From an uncultured bacterium (GTDB lineage: Bacteria > Patescibacteriota > Minisyncoccia > UBA6257 > 2-01-FULL-56-20), in contig CAWDZM010000001.1 of assembly GCA_963807165.1 (NCBI GenBank), positions 353,521 through 417,520 on the forward strand: 64,000 nt of DNA. Direction: 5' to 3'. Positions 8,775 to 18,046 of this stretch are shown one piece after another (within the stretch, counting starts at the first letter, position 1; each line of letters begins with the position of its first letter). The notes beneath the pieces are model-generated. The model did not search any database. It was not told the origin of the DNA and was given only the letters and a program-made list of their open reading frames with translations. The position numbers and the translations under genes were made by a program.

Positions 8775-11700
8775 AGTTTCGTATAAGTTATATGAACAGG
8801 AGTTGTCACAGGAGTCCCTACGGTCGAAGTTACCTCAACGATAAACGCTTGCCCCGCAGGGTACGTAAGGTTCGTGCTGGTAGTTTGCCCTCCTATTCCA
8901 CAAGTGAATGAGCTTAGTATTGTGGAACTATTCGTCGTTGCGGTATCCGACGTAGGAATAAAGAAATAGATGGTCGTCGTCGCCACGGTATCATGACACG
9001 CGATCGAATTTATATTCACCGACTGCGGCGTGGTCCACTCCATAATGTTCGTCGTGTTATTTGTCGTCGTCGCGTTATCAATCACGAAGTTCCACGTTGA
9101 CGACGCAAGCGTTGAAGACACTGTAAGATTACTGCCGGACGTTCCAAGATACGCGCCCGCGCCGTAAATCGTACTGGTGCTAAATGCGTCCGCGCCGAGC
9201 GCGGTCGTCGTGGCCGTGCCACCGTTTGCTGCAGGGATGACGCCCGTGAGGGATATCGTGGTCGTGGTATTGCCTCCCGACGTGGCAACGGAAGTGGTGA
9301 CGTTCCCCGTACCAATGACATTGAAATTAATCACGCTCGACGTACCGTTGAACGTAGAAACATATGCCGTGGATGAAGATAAGAAGTCCGTCGTCGGATG
9401 CGTCGCGATCGATCCGAGTCCGAGGTTCGTCCTAAATGTTGACGTGTTATTTATATCAGAACCATTATTCGCCACGAGCATCGCGCCAGAAAGAGAAGTG
9501 AGGCATCCCGTACAGGTAAGGTTAAGCGTTGTTCCGTTTGAGAGCGATCCTCCACCGCCGAGCGGCGCGGCCGTGGCGATGGTGATAGAAGCGTTGTAAG
9601 TCGAGGTCGAAATGCCGCCGAAGTTCGCCAGCGCCGCTGCTGCCGAAGTCGCGTTCGATCCGCCGTTTGCGATTGGAAGCACTCCTGTGAATTGCGTTAT
9701 CGCGAGAGAGTTTAGTATGCCGGTAATATTAGAACCCGTCGTCGCAGAGAAATTAATTCCTCCTGCGGTCGTGGTGCTCAAGAGAGAAGCCACGTATGTT
9801 GTCGAAGAAGCCAAGAAATCCGTCGCAGGATGCGTGGCAGCGGAACCAAGTCCAAGATTTGTGCGAGCAGTTGAGGTATTCGTAAGCTCGGAGAGGTTGT
9901 TCGCTATTTGAAGATACAGGCCGTTGCCAGTAGATGAAGAGATATAATTATTCGAATTCGTCCAGCCGATCGCACCGGTCGAGGTGTTATAGGTGATGGG
10001 GTTGGTCGCGGAGAATAACGCATAGAGCGTTGAGGTGGTAAATGTTGTTGCGATGGATGTCGTGCCAGAACCCGTTACGGCGCCGGTAAGCGTGACGGTC
10101 TGGTTGCTGGTCAAACAAGTAGGACAACTGATGGTTGATGTTGAAGACCAGAGAATGGGAGAAAGAGCAGTAATCGAGGCATTGGTTAACCCACCAAAGT
10201 TGTTCGTCGATGTCGTGATGTAATGCGCATCATTCGCCCACTGGGAAATCGATGTGGTAGCAAAGTTTGCGGTGGTGAGGCCGGTGGAAGTGGAAATATA
10301 ATTGGACGGATTACTCGCGAGATAGAAGGATGAGCTATTTACGCCTTGCCATGTTCCCGCCCAGTTGCCGGTATTCGTGGCAATGCCAGTCACCGCTCCT
10401 GACGCGCCGTTAAAGGTTGAAACGAATGCGGTGCTTGAGGCGAGATAGTCGCCCGCGGAATGTGTGGCTATAGAACCCAAACCAAGATTGGATCGTGCGG
10501 CGGTTGCGCTCGCAAGGTCAGACAGATTATTCGCAGCTAGGAGCGCGCCCGAAAGCGAGGTCAGATACCCAGGATTTGTAAAGGTAAAGATGCCGGTAGA
10601 GCTGTTGTACGTAAGCGGGGTACCCGATGCCGAGAGCGCGGTCAAGGCGATGAAGGAAGAGGGATTCGCATTCGGATAATATGCGGTGCTCGTGAAGGCG
10701 TTGGATCCGAAGGAAGAAGTACTGAATGTGAGCGCAGCGCTCGTGGTCGTCGTCGAGATGGAAATAAAGGGATTTGCCGAAGTGACGGTGTATGAAGGGA
10801 TGCCGGTAGAGGTCGCAAGACCAGTGAAGACATTTCCTTGGACGCCGTTGATCGAAATGCTAGAAGTCGTGATATAGCCGAGCGAATTAGTCCAGCCAAT
10901 CGCACCCGTTGAGGTGTTGTATGTGATAGGCGCGGCGCCAGAAAGGGAATTCAAGGTGATACCACCAAAGTTGTTCGTCGATGTCGTGATGTAATGCGCA
11001 TCATTCGCCCACTGGGAAATCGATGTGGTAGCAAAGTTTGCGGTGGTGAGGCCGGTGGAAGTGGAAATATAATTGGACGGATTACTCGCGAGATAGAACG
11101 AGGAGCTATTTACCCCTTGCCATGTTCCCGCCCAGTTGCCGGTGTTCGTGGCAATACCAGTCACCGCTCCCGACGCGCCGTTGAATGTAGAAACATATGC
11201 CGTAGACGAAGCCAAGAAGTCCGTCGTTGGATGGGTAGCGGCCGATCCGAGTCCGAGATTGGATCGTGCAGCGGTCGCACTCGCGAGATCGCTCAGATTG
11301 TTTGTGGAAAGAAGTGCACCAGAAAGAGAGGAAATATATCCCGCGTCGTTAGCGAATTGAGAAACAGAGGTGGTGGCAAAGTTTGCGGCGGTAAGGCCGG
11401 TGGAGGTGGAAAGAAACGCCGTACTGTTGAACGCATTCGATCCAAAAGAGGAGGTGCTAAACGTGAGTGCCGCACTCGTCGTCGTCGTCGAAACAGAGAT
11501 GAACGGGTTTGCGGAGGTGACGTTGTACGAGGCGATGCCGGTGGAGGTCGCAAGACCGGTAAAGACATTCCCCTGCACACCGTTGATGGAGATGCTGGAG
11601 GTGGTGATATATCCAAGCGAATTCGTCCAACCGATCGCACCGGTCGAAGTATTGAAGGTGATCGGCGCGCCGCCAGAAAATAATCCGTAGAGCGTTGAGG

Positions 11701-13132
11701 TGGTGAAGGTCGTTGCGATAGATGTCGTACCAGAGCCGGTTACGGCGCCGGTAAGGGTGACGGTCTGGCTGCCGCTCAAACAGGTTGGGCAGCTAATAGT
11801 AGAGGTGGAAGACCAAACAATGGGAGAAATAGCAGTGATCGAAGCATTGGTGAGACCACCGAAATTATTCGTCGAGGTGGTAATGTATCCTGCGTCGTTG
11901 GCAAATTGAGAGATCGAGGTCGTGGCAAAATTAGCGGTGGTGAGGCCAGTGGAGGTTGCAAGGAACGCGGTACTGTTGAAAGCGTTCGATCCGAAGGAAG
12001 ACGTACTGAACGTGAGTGCCGCGCTCGTTGTGGTCGTCGAAACAGAGATGAAGGGGTTTGCGGAGGTGACGTTGTATGAGGAAAGACCAGCAGAGGATGT
12101 TGCATACCCAAAGCTATCCGTATATCCCCTAAGTGTGGCGGTTGTTACCGCGATAAGCTTTCCTGTTCCGTTCGTTGCGAGAAAAGGAGAGGAAATAATA
12201 TTCTCGTCGGTGATATCGCCGTTCACATCGAGTTTGGTTGCCGGTGCCGCCATCCCTATTCCGACATTCCCCGTAGAGGAAGAAAAGAAAAGCGTCGAGG
12301 TACCCGATAACCCTCCGGTGATGTTTGACCAGTAGGGAAAATTGAATGCGGTGACGGCGGAAGAAGTTGAGAGAGCGCCCGTGCCGCCGCCGGTAACCGT
12401 CAATGCGGTTCCCGTGGTGCTGGTCGTTGCCGAGCATCCCGAAACGCACGTCACGCTATAGGTTGCCGCACCGGTTTGTGTATTGAAAGATGACACGCCG
12501 GAATTCGTTGATGTGACATATCCCGCATCGTTCACAAATTGTGAAATGGAAGTGGTGGCAAGCGATGCCTCCAATGATCCAAAGATATTTTCCAAATTGA
12601 TCCCGCCGGGACCATTGCTATTCGCGTAATTCAAACCGATTGCCGTCGTCGAGGCGTTATAAGTGATCGGCGCGGTCACTATGAACGAACTCGACGAACT
12701 GCCGCCGCCGGTACATGTCCCCACGATAAGATCTCCCAAAGAATCGGTGCCGATGCAGGGAGCGTTCAACACATTGTCATCGCGGATATTTCCGTTGACC
12801 TCCAACGTGGTTGCCGGCGCCGCCGTCCCTATTCCAAAACGATCGGTCGTGTTGTTCCAAAAAAGATTTGCGTTGTTCTCATATACCGTTCCGCTCGCGT
12901 TGCCGATAAAAGGAACTGAGCCGGTGGTAAGCGTCGTCGTTGCCGCAAGCGGTGGGGTTACCGTGCAGTTGGGATCAGTTGGCCCGCACGAGGGGTTCGT
13001 TGTTTCTCCCGGCGCGTACGGAGAGAACGGCGGGGCAGCAAAAACCTTCGGCGCGCCCACAAAAACAAAAATGAGGGCGGCAAAAAATATCACGCCGAAG
13101 CACACGTTCTTTGTAGGTAGAAAATTCCTCAT
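8771..13132 (-). CDS. Giant (about 1,450 aa) Ser/Thr/Gly/Asn-rich repetitive surface adhesin-like protein
   Basis: The ORF is open to 13312. The probable start is MRNFLPTKNVCFGVIFFAALIFVFVGAPKVFA, a signal peptide, at 13132. The protein is built of 250-550-aa repeats such as SANPFISVSTTTTSAALTFSTSSFGSNAFNSTAF...SISQFANDAGYITTSTNNFGG. Near-identical DNA repeats occur within the gene. Confidence 0.7.
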   Translation of the reverse strand: MRNFLPTKNVCFGVIFFAALIFVFVGAPKVFAAPPFSPYAPGETTNPSCGPTDPNCTVTPPLAATTTLTTGSVPFIGNASGTVYENNANLFWNNTTDRFGIGTAAPATTLEVNGNIRDDNVLNAPCIGTDSLGDLIVGTCTGGGSSSSSFIVTAPITYNASTTAIGLNYANSNGPGGINLENIFGSLEASLATTSISQFVNDAGYVTSTNSGVSSFNTQTGAATYSVTCVSGCSATTSTTGTALTVTGGGTGALSTSSAVTAFNFPYWSNITGGLSGTSTLFFSSSTGNVGIGMAAPATKLDVNGDITDENIISSPFLATNGTGKLIAVTTATLRGYTDSFGYATSSAGLSSYNVTSANPFISVSTTTTSAALTFSTSSFGSNAFNSTAFLATSTGLTTANFATTSISQFANDAGYITTSTNNFGGLTNASITAISPIVWSSTSTISCPTCLSGSQTVTLTGAVTGSGTTSIATTFTTSTLYGLFSGGAPITFNTSTGAIGWTNSLGYITTSSISINGVQGNVFTGLATSTGIASYNVTSANPFISVSTTTTSAALTFSTSSFGSNAFNSTAFLSTSTGLTAANFATTSVSQFANDAGYISSLSGALLSTNNLSDLASATAARSNLGLGSAATHPTTDFLASSTAYVSTFNGASGAVTGIATNTGNWAGTWQGVNSSSFYLASNPSNYISTSTGLTTANFATTSISQWANDAHYITTSTNNFGGITLNSLSGAAPITYNTSTGAIGWTNSLGYITTSSISINGVQGNVFTGLATSTGIPSYTVTSANPFISISTTTTSAALTFSTSSFGSNAFTSTAYYPNANPSSFIALTALSASGTPLTYNSSTGIFTFTNPGYLTSLSGALLAANNLSDLASATAARSNLGLGSIATHSAGDYLASSTAFVSTFNGASGAVTGIATNTGNWAGTWQGVNSSSFYLASNPSNYISTSTGLTTANFATTSISQWANDAHYITTSTNNFGGLTNASITALSPILWSSTSTISCPTCLTSNQTVTLTGAVTGSGTTSIATTFTTSTLYALFSATNPITYNTSTGAIGWTNSNNYISSSTGNGLYLQIANNLSELTNTSTARTNLGLGSAATHPATDFLASSTTYVASLLSTTTAGGINFSATTGSNITGILNSLAITQFTGVLPIANGGSNATSAAAALANFGGISTSTYNASITIATAAPLGGGGSLSNGTTLNLTCTGCLTSLSGAMLVANNGSDINNTSTFRTNLGLGSIATHPTTDFLSSSTAYVSTFNGTSSVINFNVIGTGNVTTSVATSGGNTTTTISLTGVIPAANGGTATTTALGADAFSTSTIYGAGAYLGTSGSNLTVSSTLASSTWNFVIDNATTTNNTTNIMEWTTPQSVNINSIACHDTVATTTIYFFIPTSDTATTNSSTILSSFTCGIGGQTTSTNLTYPAGQAFIVEVTSTVGTPVTTPVHITYTKL
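9100..12300. repeat. Nested intragenic tandem repeats within the giant adhesin gene
   Basis: About 230 bp at 10190-10420 is nearly identical to 10960-11190, an offset of about 760 bp. Diverged copies lie at 10020-10230 versus 11690-11900, an offset of about 1.67 kb. The motif GTCCAGCCGATCGCACCGGTCGAGGTGTT recurs at about 9960, 10880 and 11630. Confidence 0.8.
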
Positions 13133-13159
13133 TGTCCCTATAAATATACCACAAAACCA

Positions 13160-14233
13160 ATGACGATTTACATCTATTTTTGGGGACATGATGTGAGTCG
13201 TGTTAGAATAGAACATATGGACGATAAGCGCGTCATCAAGGTCATCAAGAAGGTCATGCCTTCGGTCGTTTCGATCGCGATCGCGGAAAAGCTTGAGGAT
13301 CTTAAAAAACAATTTCCCAAAGATTTCAATCCAGAGATTCCCGAAGGAACGGTGGACGAACGCGGGATGGTGCAGACCGGCGGCGGATCAGGATTCATCG
13401 TGGCGCCCAACGGCTTGATACTCACCAACAAACATGTGGTAAGTGAAAAGAAGGCGGAATACACCGTCATTCTGAGCGACGGCCGCACATTCCCCGCCAC
13501 GATATTGAGCCGCGACCCCATCAATGACGTTGCGATTCTAAAGATCGCCGCAGAAAAACTCCCCTGCGTAAAGTTGGGCGATGCGACGAAGCTCGAGCTC
13601 GGGCAATCGCTCATCGCGATCGGCAACGCGCTCGGCATTTTCCGCAACACCGTTTCCGTCGGCATCGTCTCCGGACTCTCGCGCTCCATCACCGCGCAAC
13701 AGGATGCGGACGCGCCGCCGCAGGAGATGCGCGGCCTGATCCAAACCGATGCCGCGATCAATCCCGGTAACTCCGGCGGCCCGATCGTAGACCGCGACGG
13801 ATATGTGATCGGCGTGAACGCCGCGATCGTCTCCGGTGCGCAATCAATCGGCTTTGCAATTCCCGTCAACGCCGCGCGCCGCGACATCGACGACATCAAA
13901 AAATACGGCCGTATCAAACGGCCGCTGCTCGGCGTGCGCTACACGATGATCGACGCCCCGCTCGCAAAAAAAATGGGGCTTCCGGTGGATTATGGCGCGC
14001 TTGTCATGCGGGAAAGCGCGCATGACTACGCCGTGGTTCCCGAAAGCCCAGCAGAAAAAGCAGAGATAAAAGAAAAGGACATCATCCTTGAATTCAATAA
14101 TAGAAAACTCGACCGCGATCATCCTATTGTCGATTTCCTCGAAGAATCCAACGTTGGCGACGAAGTGACGTTGCTTATCTTTCGCGACGGAAAGCAGATT
14201 CCGGTAAAGACGACGTTGACAGAGCGCACGTAA
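13160..14233 (+). CDS. htrA: HtrA/DegP-family trypsin-like serine protease with a C-terminal PDZ domain
   Basis: VMPSVVSI...GSGFIV...LILTNKHVV (His)...DVAILKI (Asp)...GNSGGP (Ser)...PDZ-like LPVDYGALVM. An alternative start lies at 13217 (MDDKR). Confidence 0.85.
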   Translation: MTIYIYFWGHDVSRVRIEHMDDKRVIKVIKKVMPSVVSIAIAEKLEDLKKQFPKDFNPEIPEGTVDERGMVQTGGGSGFIVAPNGLILTNKHVVSEKKAEYTVILSDGRTFPATILSRDPINDVAILKIAAEKLPCVKLGDATKLELGQSLIAIGNALGIFRNTVSVGIVSGLSRSITAQQDADAPPQEMRGLIQTDAAINPGNSGGPIVDRDGYVIGVNAAIVSGAQSIGFAIPVNAARRDIDDIKKYGRIKRPLLGVRYTMIDAPLAKKMGLPVDYGALVMRESAHDYAVVPESPAEKAEIKEKDIILEFNNRKLDRDHPIVDFLEESNVGDEVTLLIFRDGKQIPVKTTLTERT

Positions 14234-14253
14234 GACAGGCAAAATTTTTGCAA

Positions 14254-14281
14254 TAAAAAAACGGCGCTGATTCAGCGCCGC
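14254..14281 (-). terminator. Intrinsic terminator for the minus-strand zf-HC2 gene
   Basis: CGGCGCTGA / TCAGCGCCG hairpin. On the minus strand it is followed by TTTTTTT (AAAAAAA on the plus strand at 14254-14261). Confidence 0.5.
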
Positions 14282-14304
14282 ATAGTAACGAGCCACGAAC
14301 TCGT

Positions 14305-14523
14305 TCAGCCTTTCTTCCTGAGACGAGCTTGTAACGCTTCGGCAATCTCTTCCTTTATGCCTCTGCACGCCCGGCAACCCTGGGCATGCTGGTTAAACGC
14401 TTGCACCGCCTGAGAATGTAACCAAAACTCGTCCAACGATTTGCCGGTGAGAATACCATTCAAGGCCAACCGGTAATTCTCGCGGCGCGTAGCACAATCG
14501 CTTGATCCATTGCCACCGTTCAT
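14305..14523 (-). CDS. Small zf-HC2-type (anti-sigma-factor-like) zinc-finger protein
   Basis: MNGGNGSSDC...FWLHSQAVQAFNQHAQGCRACRG carries the H-x3-C-x2-C motif of zf-HC2 anti-sigma factors. No sigma-factor gene is adjacent. Confidence 0.45.
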   Translation of the reverse strand: MNGGNGSSDCATRRENYRLALNGILTGKSLDEFWLHSQAVQAFNQHAQGCRACRGIKEEIAEALQARLRKKG

Positions 14524-14579
14524 ACAAAAAACTCCCTTCTCTAGGAGAAAAAATATCACATTTCTATATTTCTGTCAAT

Positions 14580-15515
14580 TTAATATGAATAGCGATCAAC
14601 GAGCAATCCGTTCTTGTCGAACAGAACCACGATAGAGTGATATTGGTTCACGATATTAGCACCGGTCCATACCCACACCTGATTTCCCAAAAAATTCGCA
14701 TCGGTGGAATGCTGGTTAAAGCATGATCGATACGTGAAATTATTTTCGAGATATTGCATGCACGCATAATCGGTTTGCGGAATCTGCGGGCTCGACATGT
14801 CGGGCACCTGACACCCCCATAACGATGAGAGATAATTTTGGCACACGCCGGAAAAGCTCTGCAGCTGCGACTGCGGTATCGAAGGACATGTCTGTGGCAA
14901 TGCCGGAACAAAATCTGCAACGTGCGCCATATAGCCGGTACATTCATTCAACCGAAGATTGAATGGTGCAGAGGTGGAATAGAGATAGACCGTATCCCCC
15001 GTCTTGAGAAAAATGTCGCTTGCTGGTGCAAGGCCGGTGGGATCGTAAAGGTTCACCGCCTGTGGAACGAATTCATTACCGATGCTCGATTTGATCTCCC
15101 AGCCAGTGACGTCGATCGTGCTCGTGGAATTATAATCTTCATCATCGAGCGTGATCGTGCCATAGTTATAGGGTGTCGCCGCCGAGATGCCGGCGATCCG
15201 CACTTTTTGGAAATACGGCGAGATCTGCGCGGCGGTATATCCCGCAGGGATATCCGCGGGGTTCACGGTGGTCGCGCCATTGCCGGAAGAGGGCGGCGCG
15301 ATCGTCGTCCCCTCAGGCATCGATAGGCCAATTGGTGCTGACGGTCCATGCGGAATCGAAGAAGAACCGATATTAAAAAACGATAATGTGGATGACGCAC
15401 TAATCAGCGTATTGAAGCTTTTAATTCCATTCACAAATGCGCCGGAGCTGTAGAGATATAACCCCAAGCCCAGCGCGATGATAATGATAATGATGAACCC
15501 GATCTTTCCTCCCAT
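14580..15515 (-). CDS. N-terminally TM-anchored Cys-rich extracellular protein, possibly with a lamin-tail (LTD)-like domain
   Basis: TM IGFIIIIIIALGLGLYLY. IDVTGWEIKS...DIFLKTGDTVYLYS resembles an LTD. It lies immediately downstream of leuS on the same strand. Confidence 0.55.
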   Translation of the reverse strand: MGGKIGFIIIIIIALGLGLYLYSSGAFVNGIKSFNTLISASSTLSFFNIGSSSIPHGPSAPIGLSMPEGTTIAPPSSGNGATTVNPADIPAGYTAAQISPYFQKVRIAGISAATPYNYGTITLDDEDYNSTSTIDVTGWEIKSSIGNEFVPQAVNLYDPTGLAPASDIFLKTGDTVYLYSTSAPFNLRLNECTGYMAHVADFVPALPQTCPSIPQSQLQSFSGVCQNYLSSLWGCQVPDMSSPQIPQTDYACMQYLENNFTYRSCFNQHSTDANFLGNQVWVWTGANIVNQYHSIVVLFDKNGLLVDRYSY

Positions 15516-15516
15516 A

Positions 15517-18012
15517 TTAGATGACGATATTCACTAATTTTTTATCGACGTAGATGATGCGCTTCGGCGCCGCGCCGGCGGAGATTCCCCCCGCCATGAG
15601 CGCAGCCTTCACTTTTTCGCTCGCGAGTGCCATCGCCTTTGCCTCATCCTCCGTGATCACAGCATCCACCGAAACAGCATCCTTCGTCCTTCCATTCACC
15701 TGGAACACCATCGTGATCTTCTCCTCGGTGATGAGCGCGGGGTCATACGCCGGCCACGGCTCGAAGTCGAGATAGGTGTTATTCCCCATAAGCGACCACA
15801 ACTCCTGCGCCATATGCGGAGCAAACGGATGAATGATCTTGACGAGCGCCACCACCTCCTCCTTTTCGAGCGGCGCAGATGCCTCTAACTCATTTAATAC
15901 TATCATCAATGCGGAAATCGCGGTGTTAAATTTGAATGCCTCGATATCCTCGCCCACTTTTTTGATCGTGCGATGAAGCGCAACCCGCGCGGAGGGCTTT
16001 TTTGTTAGTGATCCGGAAGCCGGATTTTGTCCGCTGGCACTGCCCTCTAAAGTATCACTGATATATTTCCAAAACCGTTTTAAGAATCGCTCGACGCCAA
16101 GAATCCCCCGTGCGTCCCACGGCGTCGGATCGTCGAACGGCCCGAGGAACATCAAGTACATCCGCATGGCATCCGCGCTAAACTCGGCGACGATCTCGTC
16201 CGGGTTCACCACATTACCCTTACTCTTGGACATCTTTGCACCATCCGTACCCATGATAAGCCCGATGTGACGAAGCTTTTTGAACGGCTCGGTAAATGAG
16301 AAATATCCTTCGTCGTGCAAAAACTTTGTGATGAAGCGCGAGTAGAGCAAATGCATCACCGTGTGCTCCGCGCCGATCACGTAGAGATCCACCGGCATCC
16401 AGTGCGCCACTTTTTCCTTGCTGAAAATTTCCGTCGCGTTATGCGGATCCGGATAACGGAGGAAGTACCACGACGAATCCACGAAGGTGTCGAGCGTCTC
16501 CGGATCGCGTTTTGCGTCGCCACCGCACTGCGGACACTTCACATTGATAAAGCTCGGCGAACTCGCGAGCGGAGGCATCCCCTGCGGACGATAGTTCTCC
16601 AGGTCGGGCAGTACCACTGGCAATTCACTCTCCGGCACGGACACGATGCCGTCCTTCGGACAATGGATCATTGGGATCGGCACACCCCAGTAGCGCTGGC
16701 GCGAAACGGACCAGTCGCGGATCTTATACTGCGTCTTTAGCTGGCCGCCAGCAAATTTTACGATCTCTGCTTTCGCTTTTTCGGAATCCATGTCAGTGAA
16801 CCGACCGGAATTCACAAGATCACCCACGCCTTCCCAAAGATCTTCTTCCGCACGCAACTCCGGTGATGCACCGCCCATCGCGGCACCAACAGCCGGCACG
16901 CCAGAGATAATCGGCTTGGGAAGCACCACTTTTTTTATCGGCAAGTTGAATTTCTTTGCAAACTCAAAATCCCGTTCATCATGTGCAGGCACTGCCATGA
17001 TCGCACCAGTACCATAGGAACCCAGCACATAATCCGCGATCCATACCGAAATTTCTTCCTGCGTTGCCGGATTGATTGCACGCATACCCTTCAATTCCAC
17101 GCCCGTTTTATTCTTGACTTCCTCTTGGCGCATCCGGTCGGTCTTATGCGTCGTCTCCTCTCGGTATTTTTCAACTTCCGCCCAGTTTTCGATTTTTGAT
17201 TTCAGCCCTTCTATCAACGCATGCTCAGGCGCAAGCACTAGATATGTTGCGCCAAACAACGTGTCGGGGCGCGTGGTAAAAACTTCAACGGCCACATCAG
17301 AATTTTTTAATAAAAACTTTAACAGCGCACCTTCGCTCCTCCCGATCCAATCCTCCTGACGCTTGATCGTGGCGGATGGCCAGTCGAGGCCATCAAGGTC
17401 GGCGAGCAAACGGTCTGCGTAGTCGGTAATCTTAAGGAACCACTGCTCCATGGCGCGCTCTTCTATTTCCGTTCCGCACCGCTCACACTTGCCGTCGATC
17501 ACCTGCTCGTTCGCGAGCACGGTCTGGTCCTTCGGACACCAGTTCACTTTTGCGTCCTTACGATACGCCAATCCTTTTTTAAAAAGTTGGATAAAGAGCC
17601 ACTGCGTCCACTTATAATATTCCGGCGATGCGGTGTCGATCTCGCGATCCCAGTCATACGAGAATCCGAACATCTGCACCTGGCGGCGGAAGTTGGTGGT
17701 ATTCGCGAGCGCGACTTCCTTTGGCGGCTTCCCTACCTTGATGGCATAGTTTTCCGTCGGGAGGCCGAACGCGTCCCATCCCATCGTATACAAAACCTCG
17801 TACCCACGCATGCGCATGTAGCGTGCGTGGATGTCCTCCGCGGTATAGCCCTTAGGATGACCCATGTGCAAGCCAGCCGCGGACGGGTAGGGAAACGTCT
17901 CTAGCTGATAATATTTTGGCTTCGCCGAATCGTCGGCAGCTTTAAAGACCTTCTCTTCGAGCCACTTCTTGTTCCATTTTTCCTCGATCTTCTTTGGGTC
18001 GTAGGGAGGCAT
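15517..18012 (-). CDS. leuS: Leucyl-tRNA synthetase
   Basis: FPYPSAAGLHMGHPKGYT (HIGH region), KMSKSKGN (KMSKS) and a full-length 831-aa class I LeuS architecture. Confidence 0.95.
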   Translation of the reverse strand: MPPYDPKKIEEKWNKKWLEEKVFKAADDSAKPKYYQLETFPYPSAAGLHMGHPKGYTAEDIHARYMRMRGYEVLYTMGWDAFGLPTENYAIKVGKPPKEVALANTTNFRRQVQMFGFSYDWDREIDTASPEYYKWTQWLFIQLFKKGLAYRKDAKVNWCPKDQTVLANEQVIDGKCERCGTEIEERAMEQWFLKITDYADRLLADLDGLDWPSATIKRQEDWIGRSEGALLKFLLKNSDVAVEVFTTRPDTLFGATYLVLAPEHALIEGLKSKIENWAEVEKYREETTHKTDRMRQEEVKNKTGVELKGMRAINPATQEEISVWIADYVLGSYGTGAIMAVPAHDERDFEFAKKFNLPIKKVVLPKPIISGVPAVGAAMGGASPELRAEEDLWEGVGDLVNSGRFTDMDSEKAKAEIVKFAGGQLKTQYKIRDWSVSRQRYWGVPIPMIHCPKDGIVSVPESELPVVLPDLENYRPQGMPPLASSPSFINVKCPQCGGDAKRDPETLDTFVDSSWYFLRYPDPHNATEIFSKEKVAHWMPVDLYVIGAEHTVMHLLYSRFITKFLHDEGYFSFTEPFKKLRHIGLIMGTDGAKMSKSKGNVVNPDEIVAEFSADAMRMYLMFLGPFDDPTPWDARGILGVERFLKRFWKYISDTLEGSASGQNPASGSLTKKPSARVALHRTIKKVGEDIEAFKFNTAISALMIVLNELEASAPLEKEEVVALVKIIHPFAPHMAQELWSLMGNNTYLDFEPWPAYDPALITEEKITMVFQVNGRTKDAVSVDAVITEDEAKAMALASEKVKAALMAGGISAGAAPKRIIYVDKKLVNIVI

Positions 18013-18046
18013 ATCCCAATCATTCTACGGCTTTACGGGCGATTTC

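Noticed and set aside
10994-11683. 229-aa Arg/Gly-rich ORF on the plus strand (and several similar ORFs at 9177-12335)
   Set aside because: These are antisense shadow ORFs inside the giant minus-strand repeat gene, and their composition is a mirror artefact of the S/T-rich coding strand.
9100-12300. Regular tandem repeats that might suggest a CRISPR array or satellite
   Set aside because: The repeats are 230 bp or longer, lie in-frame within one long ORF and encode a repeated Ser/Thr-rich protein module. There are no short spacer-separated direct repeats.
14254-14281. The hairpin after htrA considered as a bidirectional terminator
   Set aside because: On the plus strand the hairpin is preceded by an A-tract and not followed by a U-tract. 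It is called only for the minus-strand zf-HC2 gene.
16315-16740. Antisense ORFs within leuS, metG, the M16 peptidase, GAPDH and other genes (for example 16315..16740+, 22482..23273+, 34756..35457+ and 28451..29374+)
   Set aside because: They overlap strongly supported conserved genes on the opposite strand and have no motifs. They are typical GC-rich shadow ORFs.
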